DNA from: Pseudodonghicola sp.
GTDB taxonomy: Bacteria; Pseudomonadota; Alphaproteobacteria; Rhodobacterales; Rhodobacteraceae
Length of the DNA: 52,868 bases
Direction of reading: 5' to 3'
Assembly: GCA_050177915.1 (NCBI GenBank)
Contig: JBFXGQ010000001.1
Span: forward strand, 1 to 52,868
Within the stretch, counting starts at the first letter, position 1; each line of letters opens with the position of its first letter. The notes beneath the pieces are model-generated. The model saw nothing but the letters and a program-made list of their open reading frames with translations, was not told the DNA's origin and did no database searches. This document shows positions 30,837 to 41,300 of this stretch, piece after piece. A program made the position numbers and the translations under genes.

Positions 30837-32153
30837 TCAGCCTTCGAGGTAGCGGGCACGCTCTTCGGCGCTGATCGCGGTGGCGAGGCTGGCGTATTCG
30901 GCGCGGCAGGCGGCCGCGAAATTCTGGGTGAAGGCGTCACCGAAGATCCGCCTGGCGTGATCGGAGGCGGCCAGCCGGTCGGCGGCCTCGATCAGGTCGC
31001 GGGGGAATCGCTGGGCGCCCTCGGGCACGAAATCGGGATGCGCCGCCTGCGCCGGCTCCGGCGCCGGCAGGTCGCGCTCGATGCCGTCGAGCCCGGCGCC
31101 CAGCATCAGCGCCATGGTGAGGTAGGGGTTGCAATCGGCCGGCGGCACCCGGAATTCCAGCCGCGCCCGGGCATCCGCATGCGGCACCGAGCGCACCGCC
31201 ACGGTGAAGGGGTATTCCGCCCAGGTCAGCGATTTCGGCGCCCAGCTGCCCGGCGCCAGCCGGCGATAGCCGTTGACCGAGGAGGTACACATGGCGAAGG
31301 CCTCGGGCACCACCTGCATCATGCCGGCGATGAATTTCTTGGCCAGATCGTTGGTCTTGCCGTCGGGCGAGGAGAACATGTTCCGCCCGGTCGCCCTGTC
31401 CTTCAGGCTCATGGTGCAATGGCCGCCGATGGCGGGATAGTCCTTGCCGATATAGGGCATGAAACTGGCGGTCTTGCCCTGCTTGCGGGCGTAGGACCGC
31501 GCCGCCAGGCGCAGGAAACAGGCGTCGTCGGCGGCGCGCAGCCCCTCGCTCGCCGCCTGGGTCGCCTCCAGACAGCCCGGCCCCAGTTCCACGCTCAGCG
31601 CGTAGAGGCCGACGTCATGGCCGAGGATCTCGGCCTCCATCCCGGCGATGAACTCGGCATGGGTATTGGCGGTGGCGCCCGACCAGCATTTGTTGTCGGG
31701 GGCGAATTTGGCCAGCCCGTCGAAGCCCTTGGCGCGGGCGGTGGTGGCATCCTCGTCGAGCACGATCAGCTCGAACTCGAAGCCCGCATCGACGCTGAAG
31801 CCCATCGCCGCGGCGCGCTCGATCTGGCGGCGCAGCACCTGGCGCGGCATCAGCTCTCTGGCGGCGCCGGACAGCTCGGCGATCACCGTCACCGCGCCGG
31901 GTTCCGACGGGTTGCGGCGCATCGAGGCGGGGTCGATCTCGACCGTCTCGGTATAGAAGGCGTCGCCGGCGAAGAGGCTGTCGGCGCTGTCCCAATAGGC
32001 CAGCACATTGGCGAAGCGCGGATCGCCGGCCCAGTCGAGGAACTGTGCCCGCCGCAGCCGGCGTTCGCGGAAGGCCGAGCCCAGATCGAACTGGCCGACA
32101 TGGACGATGTCGGCGCCGAACCGGTCGAGAGCTGTCTTCAATGCGTCTGTCAT
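30837..32153 (-). CDS. Glutamine synthetase-like protein (partly degenerate)
   Basis: GFEFE, ELGPGCLE, NGYRRL and RLEFR..ADCNPYL present. GGHCTMS and WAEYPFTVAVR depart from GxHxHxS and WGxxNR. Confidence 0.85.
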   Translation of the reverse strand: MTDALKTALDRFGADIVHVGQFDLGSAFRERRLRRAQFLDWAGDPRFANVLAYWDSADSLFAGDAFYTETVEIDPASMRRNPSEPGAVTVIAELSGAARELMPRQVLRRQIERAAAMGFSVDAGFEFELIVLDEDATTARAKGFDGLAKFAPDNKCWSGATANTHAEFIAGMEAEILGHDVGLYALSVELGPGCLEATQAASEGLRAADDACFLRLAARSYARKQGKTASFMPYIGKDYPAIGGHCTMSLKDRATGRNMFSSPDGKTNDLAKKFIAGMMQVVPEAFAMCTSSVNGYRRLAPGSWAPKSLTWAEYPFTVAVRSVPHADARARLEFRVPPADCNPYLTMALMLGAGLDGIERDLPAPEPAQAAHPDFVPEGAQRFPRDLIEAADRLAASDHARRIFGDAFTQNFAAACRAEYASLATAISAEERARYLEG

Positions 32154-32160
32154 GGTGTCC

Positions 32161-33417
32161 TCATGCGGTCGCGGGTGCGGCAGCCGCCCCGGTTAATGCC
32201 TGTGTCAGAGCCTGATTGAGCCGGGCGCGGTGGCGCGCCAGCAGCGCCGGCGGGGCGCCCAGCCCGGTGACCGCCACCGGGTGTCCGGCGCGGGCGTATT
32301 CGACGATGACCGGGGCCTCGCCGATCTGGCTGAGATCGCCCTCGACCACGGTCTGGGTATCGGCCAGCGCCGGGGCGCCGAAGGATTGCAGCCTGAGCCC
32401 GTATTGATCGCTCCAGAAGCTGGGCAGCGGCGCGAAATCCGGCGCCGGCTCCCGTCCGGCGCTCAGCGCGGCGATGGTCTCGGCGGCGCGTTTGGCGGTG
32501 AAGCCGGGGATGCACCAATGTTCGACCCGGCGCGGTTCGGCATCGAACAACGGGTTGGCAAACCGCGCGATATCGCCGACGGCGAGCAGATTGGCCGCGC
32601 CCGGTGCGATCATCCGCCCGTCCACCAGCACGCCGTCGCTCAGATCGGCGCCGCTGGCCTCGAGCCAGCCGGTATTGGGCAGCGATCCCAGCGCCTCGAC
32701 GATGACATCGGCCTCGATCCGGTCGCCGTCGTCCAGCACCAAGTGGTTGTCGCCGAAGGCCGAGACACCGCGGCCGGTGCGCAGCGTCACCCCATGGCGG
32801 CGGTGCAGCGCCGCCATGGCGGCGGCGACCCGCGGCCCCAGCGCCCGCAGCATCGGCTGCGGCGCCGGTTCGACGAGGGTGACATGCAGCCCCAGCTTGC
32901 GGGCGGTGGCGGCAATCTCGCAGCCGATGAAGCCGGCGCCGATCACCGCCAGCCGGGCGCCGGGGGTGAGGCCGGCGGCCAGCCCGCGGGCGTCGTCGAA
33001 GCCGCGCAGCACATGGCGGCGGTCCTCGGCCCCCTTCAGCGCCAGCCGGCGCGGCCGCAGCCCGGTGGCCGCCACGATCCAGTCGGCGGCGATCCGGCTG
33101 CCGTCGGCCAGATGGACGCGGCCGTCCTCGACCGCCACCGCGGCCTGGCCCAGGCGCAACTCGATATCGCCGGCGGCGAGCTTGCTGCGCAACAGCAGCT
33201 TTTCGAAGACATCGGGCGCCGAGGCGGGCGCGCCGGCCAGCCCCTCCATCGCCTCCTTCGACAGCGGCGGCCGGTTGTAGGGGGCATGCGGTTCGTCGCC
33301 GGCCAGCAGGATCCGCGCCTCGGGCAGGGCGGCGCGCAGCGCCTCCGCCGTGCGCAGCCCGGCCAGCGAGGCGCCGATGACGGCGATCCGCAGCCCGCGG
33401 CCCGCCGTGCTGCCCAT
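32161..33417 (-). CDS. FAD/NAD(P)H ferredoxin reductase
   Basis: Start ATG 33417; GASLAG, PYNRPPLSK, ATG, GAGFIGCE, GDIA, EHW, FWSDQ. Confidence 0.93.
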   Translation of the reverse strand: MGSTAGRGLRIAVIGASLAGLRTAEALRAALPEARILLAGDEPHAPYNRPPLSKEAMEGLAGAPASAPDVFEKLLLRSKLAAGDIELRLGQAAVAVEDGRVHLADGSRIAADWIVAATGLRPRRLALKGAEDRRHVLRGFDDARGLAAGLTPGARLAVIGAGFIGCEIAATARKLGLHVTLVEPAPQPMLRALGPRVAAAMAALHRRHGVTLRTGRGVSAFGDNHLVLDDGDRIEADVIVEALGSLPNTGWLEASGADLSDGVLVDGRMIAPGAANLLAVGDIARFANPLFDAEPRRVEHWCIPGFTAKRAAETIAALSAGREPAPDFAPLPSFWSDQYGLRLQSFGAPALADTQTVVEGDLSQIGEAPVIVEYARAGHPVAVTGLGAPPALLARHRARLNQALTQALTGAAAAPATA

Positions 33418-33442
33418 TGCGCTGCCTGCTATGCGGCCCGGC

Positions 33443-33628
33443 TCAGTCAATGAGGATGGCCTGCTCGGGGCAGGCGTCGGCGGCGGCTTCGGCATCGGCG
33501 CGCAGCGCCTCGTCGGGCTCGGCCACCCAGACCAGCCCGCCGTCGTCGTCGAAGGAGAAGATCTCCGGCGCGGCGATGACGCATTGGCCGTGCAGCAGGC
33601 AGATCTCCATATCCACTGAGATTTTCAT
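33443..33628 (-). CDS. [3Fe-4S]-type ferredoxin
   Basis: 61 aa, CLLHGQC...CP (CxxHxxC...CP). Confidence 0.92.
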   Translation of the reverse strand: MKISVDMEICLLHGQCVIAAPEIFSFDDDGGLVWVAEPDEALRADAEAAADACPEQAILID

Positions 33629-33745
33629 CGGTTTGTCCTGTCGGTGTTGGTGTTCTGGCTGTGTGCGGCCCGGGGGGCGGGCCGCGGTCTGGCTGTCATT
33701 GGGCCCCCGTCCGAGCCGTGGTCAGAGCCGTGGTCGGGCCCGGTC

Positions 33746-34951
33746 TCAGGCCGGATCGAAGGCGATCGGCAGGGTGATGGCGCCGGTGTTGCCGCTGTCG
33801 GGCAGCCACTGGACCGCGCCGTTGAAGCGCGGGTTCTTCAGCCGCCGGGCAAGGATCTTCAGCGCCTCGGTCATGTCGCCGCGGGCGATGAAATGGCCCA
33901 GGCAATGGTGGGCGCCGCCGCCGAAGCCGAAATGCGGCTTGCGCTCGGCGGTGATGTCGAAGCCCGCCTCGGGGAAGACCGCCGGATCCGACCCCGCCGA
34001 TTGCGAGAACAGATGCAGCGTGGTGCCCCGGGGAATCTCCATGTCGTGATAGCTGAAATCCTCGGTGGCCTCGCGGGTGACCCAGGTGATGGTCGGGCGT
34101 ACCCGCATCACCTCTTCCACCGCGGCGCGGGCCAGTTCCGGCTGTTCGGCCAGCAGCGCCCATTGGTCGGGATGCTCGACGAAGGTGGCCATCGCCAGGC
34201 CCAGCTGGTTGCGGGTGGTGTCGATGCCGCCGAAGATCGCCAGCACGATCATGTCCAGCAGCTCCTGATCCGACAGCTGCTCCTTGTCCTCATTGGCCTT
34301 GACCAGCATGCCGATGAAATCGTCCGAGGGCGCCGCCCGGCGCAGCGCCACCAGTTCCTCGGCATAGGCGAAGATGCGTTGGGTGGCGGCCTCGACCTGA
34401 TCCAGGTCCTGCTTGTAGGTCACCCCCAGCGCCAGCCCCATGTCGGCGGCGATATCGGCCAGCTCGCGCCATTTGTCGAACGGCAGGCCGAGCAGGTCGC
34501 AGATCACCCCGGTGGCATAGGGTTCGGTGAACTCGGCGATGAAATCGCATTCGCCCTTGGCGATGAAGCCGTCGATCAGCCTGTTGGCCAGCGCCTCGAA
34601 CTTCGGCTGCAGCGTGGTGATCAGCTTGGGCGAGAAGGCCGGGTTGGCCATCCGCCGCAGCCGGGCGTGGGGGGCGCCCTCCTGGCTCAGCAGCATGTTC
34701 TCCCACCAGCGGGCGAACAGGCCGCTGGTCACCCCGCTCAGGGTCGGCCAGCGATAGGAGCCCTGCCGCAGCTTGGGATGGCGCAGCAGCTTCTGCACGT
34801 CCTCGTAGCGCAGCACCGCCAGCCCGTAGGGCGTGCGGGCGCACCAGGAGGCGTCGCGCGCCTCGGCGACCTGCGCCGAGCGGATCGAGAAGGCCGGGTC
34901 GGAGACATCCAGAAAGGGCAAGGATGCGCCGAAGGGGATCGTGTCGGGCAT
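33746..34951 (-). CDS. Cytochrome P450, CYP151 (PipA/MorA)-like
   Basis: I-helix FGGIDTT, EEVMR, heme motif FGGGAHHCLG. DPAFSI..TPYGLAVLRY..HPKLRQGS and WLPDSGNTG match my recollection of mycobacterial PipA/MorA. Confidence 0.9.
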   Translation of the reverse strand: MPDTIPFGASLPFLDVSDPAFSIRSAQVAEARDASWCARTPYGLAVLRYEDVQKLLRHPKLRQGSYRWPTLSGVTSGLFARWWENMLLSQEGAPHARLRRMANPAFSPKLITTLQPKFEALANRLIDGFIAKGECDFIAEFTEPYATGVICDLLGLPFDKWRELADIAADMGLALGVTYKQDLDQVEAATQRIFAYAEELVALRRAAPSDDFIGMLVKANEDKEQLSDQELLDMIVLAIFGGIDTTRNQLGLAMATFVEHPDQWALLAEQPELARAAVEEVMRVRPTITWVTREATEDFSYHDMEIPRGTTLHLFSQSAGSDPAVFPEAGFDITAERKPHFGFGGGAHHCLGHFIARGDMTEALKILARRLKNPRFNGAVQWLPDSGNTGAITLPIAFDPA

Positions 34952-34987
34952 GAGCTGGGCTCCCTGTGATTTGTTTTCTCAGGAAGC

Positions 34988-35005
34988 ATGCAGGTTTCGT
35001 TCCAG
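34988..35005 (-). promoter_or_regulatory. Sigma54 -24/-12 promoter
   Basis: Minus strand CTGGAACGAAACCTGCAT: GG-N10-GC with exact spacing, 36 bp upstream of the P450 start. Confidence 0.8.
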
Positions 35006-35123
35006 TTCGGGATAGAACCGGATCATCTGTCTGAATTGTAAGGATTAAAAAAAATTCCGCCCGGGATTTGGGCGGTCTGTGAACGGCTTATAGCCGGATC
35101 GCGGCGGGCTGTCGATGCCGGTT

Positions 35124-35146
35124 TGCAGCACCGTTGCGGTGCTGCA
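35124..35146. promoter_or_regulatory. Palindrome, candidate upstream activator site for the bEBP
   Basis: TGCAGCACCG-ttg-CGGTGCTGCA, perfect 10-bp arms about 120 bp upstream of -24; no U-tract. Confidence 0.5.
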
Positions 35147-35216
35147 TCGGGGCAAGCGGGGCGGGGCAAGCGGGCGGGGCAAGGGGCAGGGGGCGGGCAG
35201 ACGCGCCCGCCCGCCG

Positions 35217-36509
35217 TCAATGCATGCTGCCGGGCAGCAGCAGCACCAGTGCCGGGAAGGCGATCAGCAGCGCCAGCCGCAGGATGTCGGCCAGCACGAA
35301 GGGCAGCACGCCGCGGAAGATGGTGGTCAGCCCGACGTTCGAGGCGATCGAGGAGATCACGAAGACATTCATCCCCACCGGCGGGGTGATCAGCCCCAGC
35401 TCCACCGTCATCACGATGATGATGCCGAACCAGATCGGGTCGAAGCCCAGCTGCTGGATCACCGGGAACACGATGGGCACCATCAGGATCACCATCGCCA
35501 TGGCGTCGAGGAAACAGCCCATCACCACGAAGAGGGCGAGGATCAGCAGCAATGTGCCATAGCGGCCCAGCCCCAGCCCGGTCAGGAACTGGGTCAGGTT
35601 CTGCGGCACCTGGGTGATCGCCAGGAAATAGCCGAACAGGATGGCGCCGATCAGGATGGTATAGATCGCCGCCGAGGTGCGCAGCGCCTCGACCAGGCAG
35701 TCGAGCAGCCCCGAGAGGCTCAGCCGGCGCCGGGCGAAGCCGATCAGCGCGGTCAGGAAGGCGCCGGCGGCGGCCGCCTCGGTGGCGGTGACGACGCCCA
35801 TGTAGATCGCCAGGATCACCGCCACGAACAGCAGGATCACCGCCCAGACCCCGCGCAGCGAGGCCAGCGCCTCGGACAGCGAAAACGGGTCTGTCGCAGG
35901 CAGTCTGCGGCCATAGACCAGGGTGACGGTGGCCATGTACATCAGCACCGCCAGCAGCCCCGGCACGATGCCGGCGATGAACAGCACGCCGACGTCCTGT
36001 TCGGTGATATAGCCGTAGACCGCCAGCACCACCGAGGGCGGGATCAGGATGCCCAGGGTGCCGCCGGCGGCGATGATGCCGGTGGCGGCCTCGTCGCTGT
36101 AGCCGGCGCGCTTCATCTCGGGATAGGCGACCTTGGTCATGGTGGCGGCGGTGGCCACCGAGGAGCCGCAGATCGCCGCGAAGCCGGCGCAGGCGCCGAC
36201 GCTGGCCAGCCCCAGCCCGCCGCGCAGGCTGCCGAAGAAGGCGCGCCCGGTGCGGAACAGCTCGCGCGACATGCCGGAATTGGTCGCCAGCACCCCCATC
36301 AGGATGAAGAAGGGGATCAGGGTGAGGTTGAAATCGGTCACCGTGCGGATCGGCGATTGCGCCAGCAGGTTCAGCGCCGGCTTGACCCCGACGATGGCGC
36401 CGAAGCCGGTGACGCCGACCAGCCCCATGGCGACGCCGATCGGCACCCTCAGCAGCATCAGGACGAACAGCGCGACAAAGCCGGCGCCGGCGACAAATTC
36501 GTTGCTCAT
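35217..36509 (-). CDS. dctM: TRAP transporter large permease
   Basis: Hydrophobic 430 aa; GSSVATA, GTLGILIPPS, TATEA, GLITPPVG. Confidence 0.93.
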   Translation of the reverse strand: MSNEFVAGAGFVALFVLMLLRVPIGVAMGLVGVTGFGAIVGVKPALNLLAQSPIRTVTDFNLTLIPFFILMGVLATNSGMSRELFRTGRAFFGSLRGGLGLASVGACAGFAAICGSSVATAATMTKVAYPEMKRAGYSDEAATGIIAAGGTLGILIPPSVVLAVYGYITEQDVGVLFIAGIVPGLLAVLMYMATVTLVYGRRLPATDPFSLSEALASLRGVWAVILLFVAVILAIYMGVVTATEAAAAGAFLTALIGFARRRLSLSGLLDCLVEALRTSAAIYTILIGAILFGYFLAITQVPQNLTQFLTGLGLGRYGTLLLILALFVVMGCFLDAMAMVILMVPIVFPVIQQLGFDPIWFGIIIVMTVELGLITPPVGMNVFVISSIASNVGLTTIFRGVLPFVLADILRLALLIAFPALVLLLPGSMH

Positions 36510-37042
36510 GCGCGGCGCTCCTCATCGGCGCCCGGGGTGGCTGCCAGGGCGGCGGCTTCGACATCCTCGAATTCGGCCAGGTCGCGGCCGCGGGCCAGCA
36601 CCAGCCACAGCCGCCAGCCGGTGGTCACCAGGGCGGCCAGCAGCCCCAGCCAGATCGCGGCGAAGAACGGCCAATGCGGCAGCCGCAGGTCCATGGTGGC
36701 ATCGCCGCCGTTGAAGGCGTTGATCACCCGCCCGTAGATCTTCCAGGCCAGCAGCGCGGTGAAGCCGAACAGCACCGCCCAGGCGGTGCCGTTGACCGTG
36801 CGTTTCGCCTTCGGCCCCAGCAGCCCCGCCAGCAGGTCGACCTTGATATGCGAGCCCCAGTAGCCGAGGCCGGCCAGCCCCCAGATGATCGCCACGCCCA
36901 GCACCAGCCGCGACAGGTCGAAGGCGTCGGGCACCGGCCGCGCCAGCAGGTAGCGGCCGATCGCCGAGACGACGATCAGAACGGTCACCAGGCCCAGCAA
37001 CGCGCCGGCGACCCGCTCGATCCAGTGGATCAGACGGTCCAT
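36506..37042 (-). CDS. dctQ: TRAP transporter small permease
   Basis: Four TM segments, GRY and HIKVD motifs; lies between dctP and dctM. Confidence 0.9.
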   Translation of the reverse strand: MDRLIHWIERVAGALLGLVTVLIVVSAIGRYLLARPVPDAFDLSRLVLGVAIIWGLAGLGYWGSHIKVDLLAGLLGPKAKRTVNGTAWAVLFGFTALLAWKIYGRVINAFNGGDATMDLRLPHWPFFAAIWLGLLAALVTTGWRLWLVLARGRDLAEFEDVEAAALAATPGADEERRA

Positions 37043-37115
37043 GAAATCTCTCCCGCCGGGAAGGGGTCAGGGATGGCCGGCCCGGCGGGCCGGCCAGAGG
37101 TTGGTCGAAGGGCGA

Positions 37116-38129
37116 TCAGTAGCGCGCGCCGTTGCTTTCGAGGCTGCCGACATAGGCGTCATAGATCGCCTGCGCGTCCTGCCCCTTGCCGCCGATCTCC
37201 TCCATCCAGGCCTTCAGCACGCCCTGGCCAGCCTCGCGCCAGGCGGCGACATCGGCCTCGCTGGGTTCGTAGAAGGTCTGCTTCGGATCCGCGCGCAGCC
37301 TGTCGCGCGCGGCCATGTCGTCGGCGGCCCAGTTGGCGGCCATCTTCTCGGACCACTCCGGGGTGCAATGGGCGTCGATCACCGCCTTGTTCTCGGCGCT
37401 GAGCCCGGCATAGCTGTCGGGGTTGATCACCAGGATCTGGCCGGACATGTAGAACGGCATGTCGAGGTGATGGGTGGTCTCGCCCGAGAGGTTGAAGTCA
37501 TACATCGCGCCCCAGGGGAAGGTCACCGCATCGGCGGTACCGCGGGCCACCGCCTCGCGCGCCTCGGGGGCGGGCACCTGCACCGGGCCGCCGCCCAGCT
37601 GGCTGACGAAGCGCGCCATGGTGGCATGCGCCGGGCGGATGTTCTTGCCGGCGATATCGCCGGGCACCCGGATCTGCTCTTTGGAATGCAGCGCGCCGGC
37701 GCCATGCGGATGCACCAGGCAGAATTTCACATCGCTCATCTCGCTGGGCGCATAGGCCTGATACCATTCATGGATGGCCTTGGCGCCGGGCACCGAATCC
37801 GAGACCTGGAACGGCACCTCGATCAGCGAGAAGATCGGGAACCGGCCGGCGGTATAGCCGGGGTTCACCCAGGTGATATCGGCGATGCCGTCGCGGGCCA
37901 TGTCGTAATGATCCGGCGCGGCGCCGATCTGCTGGGCCGGAAAGATCTGGATGGCGATGCGGCCCTCCGAGTCTGCCTCGACCGATTTCGCCCACATCTC
38001 GATCCCCTTGCCGGGGGCGATGGTGGCGGGCACCCAATGCGACAGGCGCAGGGTCACCTCCTGCGCCTGGGCCGCCAGCGGCAGCGCGCAGGCCGTCGTG
38101 ATCGCCAGGGCGATTTTAAGCGTCTTCAT
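37116..38129 (-). CDS. dctP: TRAP transporter substrate-binding protein
   Basis: Signal peptide, LRLSHW, QIFPAQQIG, GKNIR, GTADA. Confidence 0.92.
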   Translation of the reverse strand: MKTLKIALAITTACALPLAAQAQEVTLRLSHWVPATIAPGKGIEMWAKSVEADSEGRIAIQIFPAQQIGAAPDHYDMARDGIADITWVNPGYTAGRFPIFSLIEVPFQVSDSVPGAKAIHEWYQAYAPSEMSDVKFCLVHPHGAGALHSKEQIRVPGDIAGKNIRPAHATMARFVSQLGGGPVQVPAPEAREAVARGTADAVTFPWGAMYDFNLSGETTHHLDMPFYMSGQILVINPDSYAGLSAENKAVIDAHCTPEWSEKMAANWAADDMAARDRLRADPKQTFYEPSEADVAAWREAGQGVLKAWMEEIGGKGQDAQAIYDAYVGSLESNGARY

Positions 38130-38263
38130 GATGTCTCCTCCCTAGGTATTCCCCATAATTAAAGGCATACATACCATCGAAAATCAAACCTCGGCTGCGC
38201 CGGCGGGGCCAGATAATCGGCCAGATCATCGGCGGGCCTTGGCCACTCCCTCCTGCGGACAGG

Positions 38264-38294
38264 AAAAAGGCCCGCCGGGGCGACCGGCGGGCCT
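38264..38294 (-). terminator. Rho-independent terminator of the RND operon
   Basis: AGGCCCGCCGG-ggcga-CCGGCGGGCCT stem followed by a U-run on the minus strand. Confidence 0.8.
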
Positions 38295-38355
38295 GGTGTC
38301 GAAGATCTGGCGAAAGCTCTGGCGGGCTCAGCCCGCCGCCCTTAGCCCTCTGGCC

Positions 38356-41300
38356 TTAGCCCTCTGGCCGGTCGCCGCGCCGCCGCCCGAACAGCTTGAG
38401 CACGAAGACGAAGGCGGGGGGCACGAAGAACAGCGAGAAGACCGTCGCCGCGATCATGCCGCCCACCACGCCGGTGCCCACCGCGTTCTGGCTGGCCGAG
38501 CTGGCGCCGGTGGCGATGGCCAGCGGCACCACCCCCAGGGTGAAGGCCAGCGAGGTCATCAGGATCGGCCGGAACCGCAGCTTCGCCGCTTCCACCGCCG
38601 CCTCCAGCAGGGGTTTGCCCTCGGCACGCAGATCCTTGGCGAATTCCACGATCAGGATGGCGTTCTTGGCCGACAGCCCGATGATGGTGATCAGCCCGAC
38701 CTTGAAGTAGATGTCGTTGGGCATATTGGCGATCCAGACCGCGGCGACGCTGCCGGCGACCCCCAGCGGCACCGCCAGCATCACCGACAGCGGGATCGAC
38801 CAGCTCTCGTAGAGCCCCGAGAGCAGCAGGAAGACGAACAGCACGCTGAGCGCATAGAGCAGGTTCTCCTGCGCCCCGGCGTCGCGTTCCTCCAGAGACT
38901 GGCCGGTCCATTCATAGCCGAAGCCCTGCGGCAGTTGCGCCGCCAGCTTCTCCATCTCGGCCATCGCCTCGCCGGTGGAATAGCCCGGCGCCGCGGCGCC
39001 CGAGATCCGGGTCGAGGCATAGCCGTTGTAGCCCACCACCTGCGACGGGCCGGTCTCCCAATGCACGGTGGCGAAGGAGGAGAAGGGCACCATGCCGCCG
39101 TTGCTGTTGCGCACCGACAGGTTCAGCAGATCCTCGGCCGACATCCGCGCGGTCTCGTCGGCCTGGACGATCACCTGCTGCAGCCGTCCGGCATTGGGGA
39201 AGTCGTTGACATAGGAGGAGGCCAGGTTCTGCGAGATGGTGGCGTTGATGCTGGCGAAGGTCACCCCGAAGGTATTGGCCTTTTCCCGGTCGATGGTCAG
39301 GATCACCTGGGCGGAGGCGGGCATGCCCTCGGTCCGCAGGCCGGTGACCACGCCGCCGGTCCGCGCCGCCGCCAGCAGCTGCTGGGTGGCGGCCTGCAGC
39401 GCCTGCTGGCCGTTGCCGGCGCGGTCCTGCAGCCGGAAGCTGAAGCCGCCCGAGGTGCCCAGCCCCTGGATCGGCGGCGGCGACAGCGCGAAGGCGCGCA
39501 CGTCCTTCAGTCCGAACAGCCGCATGTTGGCGTACATCGCCACATCCTGCGCGCTCTGGCTGCGCTCCTCCCAGTCCTTGAGGGTGACGAACATCAGCGC
39601 CGCGGTGGGGCCGGTGCCGGAGAAGCTGAAGCCGCGCACGGCGACGATATTGGCCACCGCCTCGTTGCTCTTCAGGATCGCCTCGGCCTGTTCGATCGCC
39701 GCCGTCGTCCGGTTGGCCGAGGCCGTGGGCGGGGCCTGCAGGTCGACGATGATGAAGCCCTGATCCTCGTTCGGCACGAAGGAGGTCGGAAGCTTGACGA
39801 AGCCGAAGCCCATGGCGCCGACCAGGCCCAGATAGAAGACCATCACGATGGCGGTGCGTTTCGAGATCCGCTGCACCGCGCCGGTATAGCCGGTGGTGGT
39901 GACCTCGAAGCCGCGGTTGAACCAGCCGAAGGGGCCGCGCCGCTGCATGTGGTGGCCCTTGGGCACCGGCTTGAGGAAGCTGGCGCAGAGCGCCGGCGTC
40001 AGGCTGAGCGCCAGGAAGGCCGAGAACAGGATCGAGGCCACCATGGTCAGCGAGAACTGCCGGTAGATGATGCCCGAGGCGCCGGGGAAGAAGGCCATCG
40101 GCACGAAGACTGCCGACAGCACCAGCGAGATGCCGATGATCGCCCCGGTGATCTGCGACATCGCCTTGCGGGTGGCCTCGCGCGGCGGCAGCCCCTCGGT
40201 CACCATGATGCGTTCGACGTTCTCGACCACCACGATGGCGTCGTCGACCAGGATGCCGATCGCCAGCACCATGGCGAACATGGTCAGCACGTTGACCGAG
40301 AATCCGGTGCCCAGCATCACCGCCAGCGTGCCCAAGAGCGCCACCGGCACCACCAGGGTGGGGATCAGCGTGTAGCGGATGTTCTGCAGGAAGACGAACA
40401 TCACCAGGAACACCAGCACCATCGCCTCGACCAGGGTCTCCACCACCTTGGTGATGGATTTCTCGACGAAGGGGGCGGTGTCATAGGGCACCGCATAGGC
40501 GATGCCGGCGGGGAAGAACTTCTCCAGTTCCGCCATCTTGGCGCGCACCGCCGTCGAGGTCGCCAGCGCATTGCCGCTGGAGGTCAGCTGGATGCCCATG
40601 GCGGCCGAGGGCTGGCCGTTCAGCCGCGAGCCGAAGCTGTAGTTCTCGCTGCCGATCTCGATCCGCGCCACGTCCTTGAGCCGCACGGTGGAGCCGTCGG
40701 GATTGGCGCGCAGCACGATATTGCCGAATTCCTCGATGGTCGACAGCTGGCCCTTGACCATCACCGTGGCGGTCAGCTGCTGGTTGATCGGGTTGGGATC
40801 GGCGCCGATCTGGCCGGCGGCCACCTGGGCGTTCTGCGCCGCGATCGCCGCGGTGACGTCCGAGCTGGTCAGATTGAGGCCGACCATCTTCTCCGGGTCG
40901 ATCCAGATCCGCATCGCCCGCGCCGCCGAGAACAGCTGCACGCTGCCGACGCCGTCGATGCGCGACAGCGCGCCGACCACGTTGCGGGTCAGGTAATCGC
41001 CCAGGTCCACCGCCTCGCGGCTGCCGTCGGTCGAGATCAGCGAGACCACCATCAGAAAGCCGGAGCCGGCCTTTTTCACCGTGATGCCGCGCTGCACCAC
41101 CGAGGCGGGCAGTTTCGCCTCGACCCGCCGCACCGCGTTCTGCACGTCGACCGTGGCCTGGCCGACGTCGGTGCCGGGCCGGAAGGTGGCGGTGATCGAG
41201 ATCCGCCCCGAGGCGTCGGAGGTGGATTCGTAGTACCGCAGCCCCTCGATGCCGTTCAGCTCCTCCTCGATCGGCTGGGCGACGCCTTCGTACATCTTTT

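Noticed and set aside
29326-32153. Housekeeping glnA or aniline dioxygenase (tdnQ/atdA1) cluster
   Set aside because: No glnB/ntr context and no Rieske dioxygenase; the oxygenase is a P450.
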